Origin: an uncultured delta proteobacterium
GTDB taxonomy: Bacteria; Desulfobacterota; Binatia; UBA9968
DNA: 64,000 nucleotides
Assembly (NCBI GenBank): GCA_963745035.1
Contig: CAVUVW010000021.1
Location: 128,001 to 192,000, forward strand
Direction: 5' to 3'
The notes under the pieces were generated by a model. The model was not told where the DNA came from, did not search any database, and saw only the letters and a list, made by a program, of their open reading frames with translations. A program made the position numbers and the translations under genes. Every line of letters starts with the position of its first letter. Within the stretch, counting starts at the first letter, position 1. Below are positions 59,624 to 64,000 of the stretch, one piece after another.

Positions 59624-62063
59624 TTATAAAGCCGCGCCCGGTTCAAGAACCAAATCGCCGCCGTGCTCCGCGCCGGTCTCCGCGGCCGTCAGGCTGATTG
59701 TTTTCCCTTCCGTCCACAGCCGGGTCTGATCCGCATAGTGAGTGGACCAGGGATGACCCGACTGCCCCGAGGGCAGGACAAAGTCGGAGCTTTGGCGAGC
59801 GCCCATCTCCGCGATGAAGCGCATCGAAGCGCCGACCGTTTGCGTGTAGGGGTTGGAATGGCGATAGAAGCCCAAGTTGACGGTCATGCCGTCGCCCGGC
59901 GCCGGCAGCGGGCCGATGGCCAGCAGGTTCTTGAGCACGGGAACGCGACCGAGCGAATGATTCAAATACAAGCTGTGAACCTTGCCCCAACGCCATCGTC
60001 CGAATATCTTCGCCCAACGCCTGCGCCAGCTCGGCGCACGCTTCGCGCAGCGCGAGCCTGACCAATGCGGCGCGCGAACGTTTGGCAAACCAGGGAGAGT
60101 CCGGGTCGGCCAGGATCCGATCGGTCGGCGCGATGCACTGATTCAAAATCTCGACGTAAGCGGGAAAAAGCTCTTCGCCCAAATCGGGAACGAGGAGATT
60201 AAAGAGCAGACGATGATGGAACACGTGAAAGATCGCCGCGGGTACGCTTGCCGTAGAGCAGCGCCCGTCCCAGGAAAGCAGAGCGTCCGCCGCATCGGCC
60301 AGCGCGGGAAGCTCGGCGCCGATTTGGGTCAGCTCGGCCTTGAGCGCGGCGATCAGCTCGCGGGCGTGGAGCGAGAGATCGTCGAGCTGCATGGCGCCGA
60401 GATCCTCGACCGTATGTTGCTCGCGCGACTGCAACAACTCGCCGATGCGGCGAAAGCGGTAGGGCGGTTCGAAGAAGTGAGAGAGATAATGCGGATAAGC
60501 GCCGTCGGCGATGCGGTTGTTGGCGGTGGCGATCCATCCCTCCGGCGGATTGTAAATGCGCGGCAGCTCGTCGAAGGAAATATAGCCGCGCCACTCGTTT
60601 TCTTCGCTCCATCCCGCCAGCGGCCGCAAAGTCGGAACGTGGGCGCGGCGCGGAATTTTTCCCGCCAGCGCATAGCCTATGTTGCCGGCGTGGTCGGCGT
60701 AGACGAAGTTCAAGCTCGGCGCGCCGTGGTGGCGCAGGCTTTCGCGAAACTCGCGCCAATCGGATGCGCGGTTGACGCCGTAAAGACCGCGCATCTCCTC
60801 GCCGGGCTCGTGCGCCGTCCAGCGCACGGACAAGACTTCTTCGCCGCGCCGCGGCATTTCGCTGAAGTCGCTGATCACTGGTCCGTGGCGCGTGCGGCGG
60901 ACGAGCCGCTCGATCGGCGCCGACCTCCTCACGGCGATCACTTCTCGGGTTATTTCGAATCTGCGCCACTCGCTGCCGACCAAGTAGCGGTCGGAGTCGA
61001 CGCGGTGCAGGCGCTCGCGGTAAATCTCGACGTCGTCGCAGACCGCGGCGGTGATGCCCCAGGCGATAGCGCGATTGCGGCCGATCTGAATCAGCGGGCA
61101 GCCGGCGATCGATGCGCCGCAGACTTCGTAGCCGTCCGCCGCGCCTGAGCGCTCCGCGCTTTTGAGATGCATCAAGTACCAGATCGACGGCAGGGTCATG
61201 CGTAGATGCGGATCGTTGCACAAGATCGCGCCGCCGCTTCGAGAGCGGCCTGGGGCAATTGCCCAGCTATTGCTGCCGCCGCCCGCGGGATGCCAATCTC
61301 CCGCCAGCCGCCATGCCGGTTGAGAAACGCCACACGGCTTGCGCTTGATCCCACAGTGGCGCGGGCGATAACCGGCGCGCCGGCCGGATAGCCGGGAAAC
61401 AGCGCTTGAAGCTTTGCCGGTTGGTCGCCGAGCTTCTCGGCGACGGCAAAAAAATTCAGGCGGCTGTAAAGTGCGGTCGAAAGCAGCAGCGCCAGACCCT
61501 TGCCGATGGTCAGCGTATCCTCAGCGCGCCAGGGCTCGGGTTGGTGGCGCAGCAGGCGAAACTCCCAGGGGAGCTTTTTGCCGCATTGCTCGATATAGCG
61601 GTTGACGCCGGCGCAGTAGGCGTCGAGCCGGGCGCGGAGATCTTCGCGAAAGAAGCGCGAGCGAACCCTGCGCGGCGACACGGATGCCGAGGAGCCGCAT
61701 GAAATAATCGAGGTCGGCGGAAGTGCGGCGGCGAAACTGCACCGATAGATCCTGCCAGGGCAACGGCAAGTCGCCGAAAATCTCCGCCATGCGCCCGCCG
61801 AGAAAGCGGCGGCTCAGCTCCATTTGCCAGAGCCGCTCCCGGGCGTGCAAAAATCCCTGGACAAAAAAAAGATCGGCTTCGTTGGCGGCCGACACCCGCG
61901 GGATGGCGAAGCGATCAAAGCGCACGGTCGCCGTCTGCTTGAGTCCCCGTAGGACGAGCTTGCCGCGATAAGTCGGCAGGGCCGGTTTGTCGAGACGGCG
62001 AAGATACGGGCGAAGGAGCGCCGCGCAGAGGGATGCGAAAAACCCGCTCCTGGGCAACTCCAT
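59624..62063 (-). CDS. penicillin acylase (Ntn hydrolase) family protein, several frameshifts
   Basis: QGFLHARERLWQME, GSNSWA, NDPHL, ATANN, SGQSGHPWS.HY.DQ across ORF pieces. Confidence 0.87.
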
Positions 62064-62095
62064 CGCCGGAAAATTCGTCTGGTAAAAAACTTCGC

Positions 62096-62698
62096 TCAGA
62101 GCACGGCTTTGACGGAGGGGCGCGCTTTCATTCTTTCCATATATTTGCCGAGACGGGGCAGCGACGGGTCGGGCAGAACGCCGAAGCCTTCCAGCCGGGT
62201 GAAGCGCGGCAGCAAGTCGGCGTCGACCAGCGAAAACTCGCCGGTGAGGTAGGGGTTGTCGCCGATCTCGGATTCGAACCGCTGCAGCAGCTTTTTGATC
62301 TCGCCTTTGGCGCCGTCGATCACCTGCTGGTTTTGCTCCTTTGCGTCTTTCATGAGCTCCATGCGAAGTTTTTGATACGGGCCGTCGAAGTGCGCCATGC
62401 CGTAGTCGACCAGGATGCGCGCGTTGGCTTTTTTCGCGGGCTCCTTCGGCAGCAGCGGCGGGTTGGGATACTTTTCCTCGAGGTATTCATTGATAATACA
62501 GGACTCGTAGAGCACGGTGTCGTCATCGGTCAACACCGGGACCTTGCCGTACGGATTGAGTTTCAGGTAGTCCGGCGTCTTTTGTTCGTGCGCGCGCAAG
62601 TCCACCGGAACGATTTCGTACTGCAGGTTTTTTTCCGCGAGAACTATTTTGACCCGCTGGCAGTTGGGCGACGATTTGAAATCATAAAGCTTGATCAT
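62096..62698 (-). CDS. glutathione S-transferase
   Basis: SPNCQRVKIVLAEK, NPYGKVPVL, YESCII. Confidence 0.93.
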   Translation of the reverse strand: MIKLYDFKSSPNCQRVKIVLAEKNLQYEIVPVDLRAHEQKTPDYLKLNPYGKVPVLTDDDTVLYESCIINEYLEEKYPNPPLLPKEPAKKANARILVDYGMAHFDGPYQKLRMELMKDAKEQNQQVIDGAKGEIKKLLQRFESEIGDNPYLTGEFSLVDADLLPRFTRLEGFGVLPDPSLPRLGKYMERMKARPSVKAVL

Positions 62699-62837
62699 GA
62701 TCCTTCTCCTTGCGCGTATTTTTCTGCCGCACTTATACTAAGATTTCATGCAAAGGAAAAGCGCACCAAAGCGTGCGATTTGCCTTGATCTGCCGGTGGA
62801 TTGATGTTAAGCGGATAGCACTGTTTTTCCTCGGCGG

Positions 62838-63365
62838 TTGTCCTTGAATTCCACTGAAGCGGCGCACGCTATTGTCGGCGCGCTGCGCGGCGCCGGCATC
62901 GATCTCGTCGCCACGCTGCCCGACATCAATCTCGCGGAGCTCTTGCGCGCGGTCGAAGAGTCGCGCGGGCTGACGCACGTGCCGGTCTGCCGCGAAGAAG
63001 AGGGCATCGGCATTTGCGCGGGCGCCTATCTCGTCGGTAAGAAGTGCGCGGCGATCATGCAGAACGGCGGCTTTTTCAACAGCAACAATGCAATCGTCAG
63101 CACCTTGCTGCAATACCAGATTCCGTTGCTGCTGTTGATTTACTATGCCGGCGACGTCGGCGACCGCACTTTCAGCACCACCGGGAGCTTGACCGAGCCG
63201 GTGCTGCAAGCTTTGGGAATCCGTTATTACGTCGCGCGCGAAACCGAAGACGCAGTGGAATTGATTCGCCGCGCGCAAGTCTTGACCGAGGACGCGAAGC
63301 GCCCGGTCGCGTTGCTCTTGACCAAGGAGTTCCTCGGCCGCCGTTCAGCGCTCAAGGGGCTGTAG
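62838..63365 (+). CDS. sulfopyruvate / phosphonopyruvate decarboxylase alpha-like subunit
   Basis: TLPD, CREEEGIGICAGAYL, MQNGGF. Confidence 0.85.
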   Translation: MSLNSTEAAHAIVGALRGAGIDLVATLPDINLAELLRAVEESRGLTHVPVCREEEGIGICAGAYLVGKKCAAIMQNGGFFNSNNAIVSTLLQYQIPLLLLIYYAGDVGDRTFSTTGSLTEPVLQALGIRYYVARETEDAVELIRRAQVLTEDAKRPVALLLTKEFLGRRSALKGL

Positions 63366-63402
63366 CGAAGGAGAATTTTTTCCGCCTGGATTCGTCGGAG
63401 CC

Positions 63403-64000
63403 ATGCAGAGATTTGAATGTCTGAAAATCCTTGCCCCGTTGTCCGGCGATGCGCTCGCCGTGAGCTCGGCCGGGGCGGTGACCCTCGAATGGCATGCGCT
63501 GCGGCCGGGGGACGGCAACTTTCGGGTGCGCACCCTCGGGCTCTGCTCCTCGATCGCTCTCGGCATGGCGCTCGGCTTGGCGGAGCGCAGGGTCATCGCG
63601 CTCGACGGCGACGGCTCGCTGCTGATGAATCTGTGCTCGCTCCCGACCATCGCGCGCATGAAGCCGAAAAATCTGCTGCACGTGGTTTTCGACAACGAAG
63701 TCTATGAAGCTTCGGGGAGCAAAAAGACCGCCACCGGCGCGGGCGCGGATCTGGTCGGGCTGGCGCGCGCCGCCGGCATCGAAAATGCCCATTGGGCAAA
63801 CTCGCTCGAAGCGTTTGCGCGCGCCGCAGAGCGAGCCCTCGTGAGCGATGGGCCGTCTTTCATCGGCGTCAAGGTCGGCGTCGAGCGCGCCGCGGTCGCG
63901 CCCTATCCGATCGACGAAGTGGAAAACAAGTATCGCTTCATCCGCTACGTCGAAAAGAGCGCCAAGATCGATATTCTCAAAACCAGCTTGCCGGCGAGCT
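63403..64000 (+). CDS. TPP-binding decarboxylase beta-like subunit, 3' end beyond window
   Basis: MQRFECLKIL...LDGDGSLLMNL...VFDNEVYEASG; no stop before the edge. Confidence 0.85.
   Translation, partial: MQRFECLKILAPLSGDALAVSSAGAVTLEWHALRPGDGNFRVRTLGLCSSIALGMALGLAERRVIALDGDGSLLMNLCSLPTIARMKPKNLLHVVFDNEVYEASGSKKTATGAGADLVGLARAAGIENAHWANSLEAFARAAERALVSDGPSFIGVKVGVERAAVAPYPIDEVENKYRFIRYVEKSAKIDILKTSLPAS

Overview
High-GC bacterial chromosome segment. The many orphan NitT/TauT and Bug/TctC binding proteins, UbiD decarboxylases, amidohydrolases and the ccsA-hemA-hemC-hemD-hemB operon suggest a Candidatus Binatia / deltaproteobacterial-type soil organism (inference). The sequence has many small indels, even in hemD, so most frameshifts are probably sequencing errors. 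The left ~20 kb is accessory. It holds a HEPN-motif orphan gene, a complete IS5-family element, and an integrase-less integron cassette array on the minus strand with five attC sites and two intact plus one decayed promoter-attI platforms. It also holds an unclassified 1.67-kb Rep-like/wHTH mobile element inserted precisely inside a REP-like repeat, a membrane TIR protein and a metallothionein. The rest is transport and aromatic/nitrogen catabolism, a peptide ABC transporter and heme synthesis. Notable there are a MamK-like actin coupled to a membrane-anchored amidase, and two genes missed or truncated by the ORF track (a GST and a peroxiredoxin-like protein) with in-frame UGA at the catalytic Cys position and SECIS-like hairpins. 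No rRNA, tRNA or CRISPR array was recognised. All protein calls come from motif recognition by eye, not database searches.
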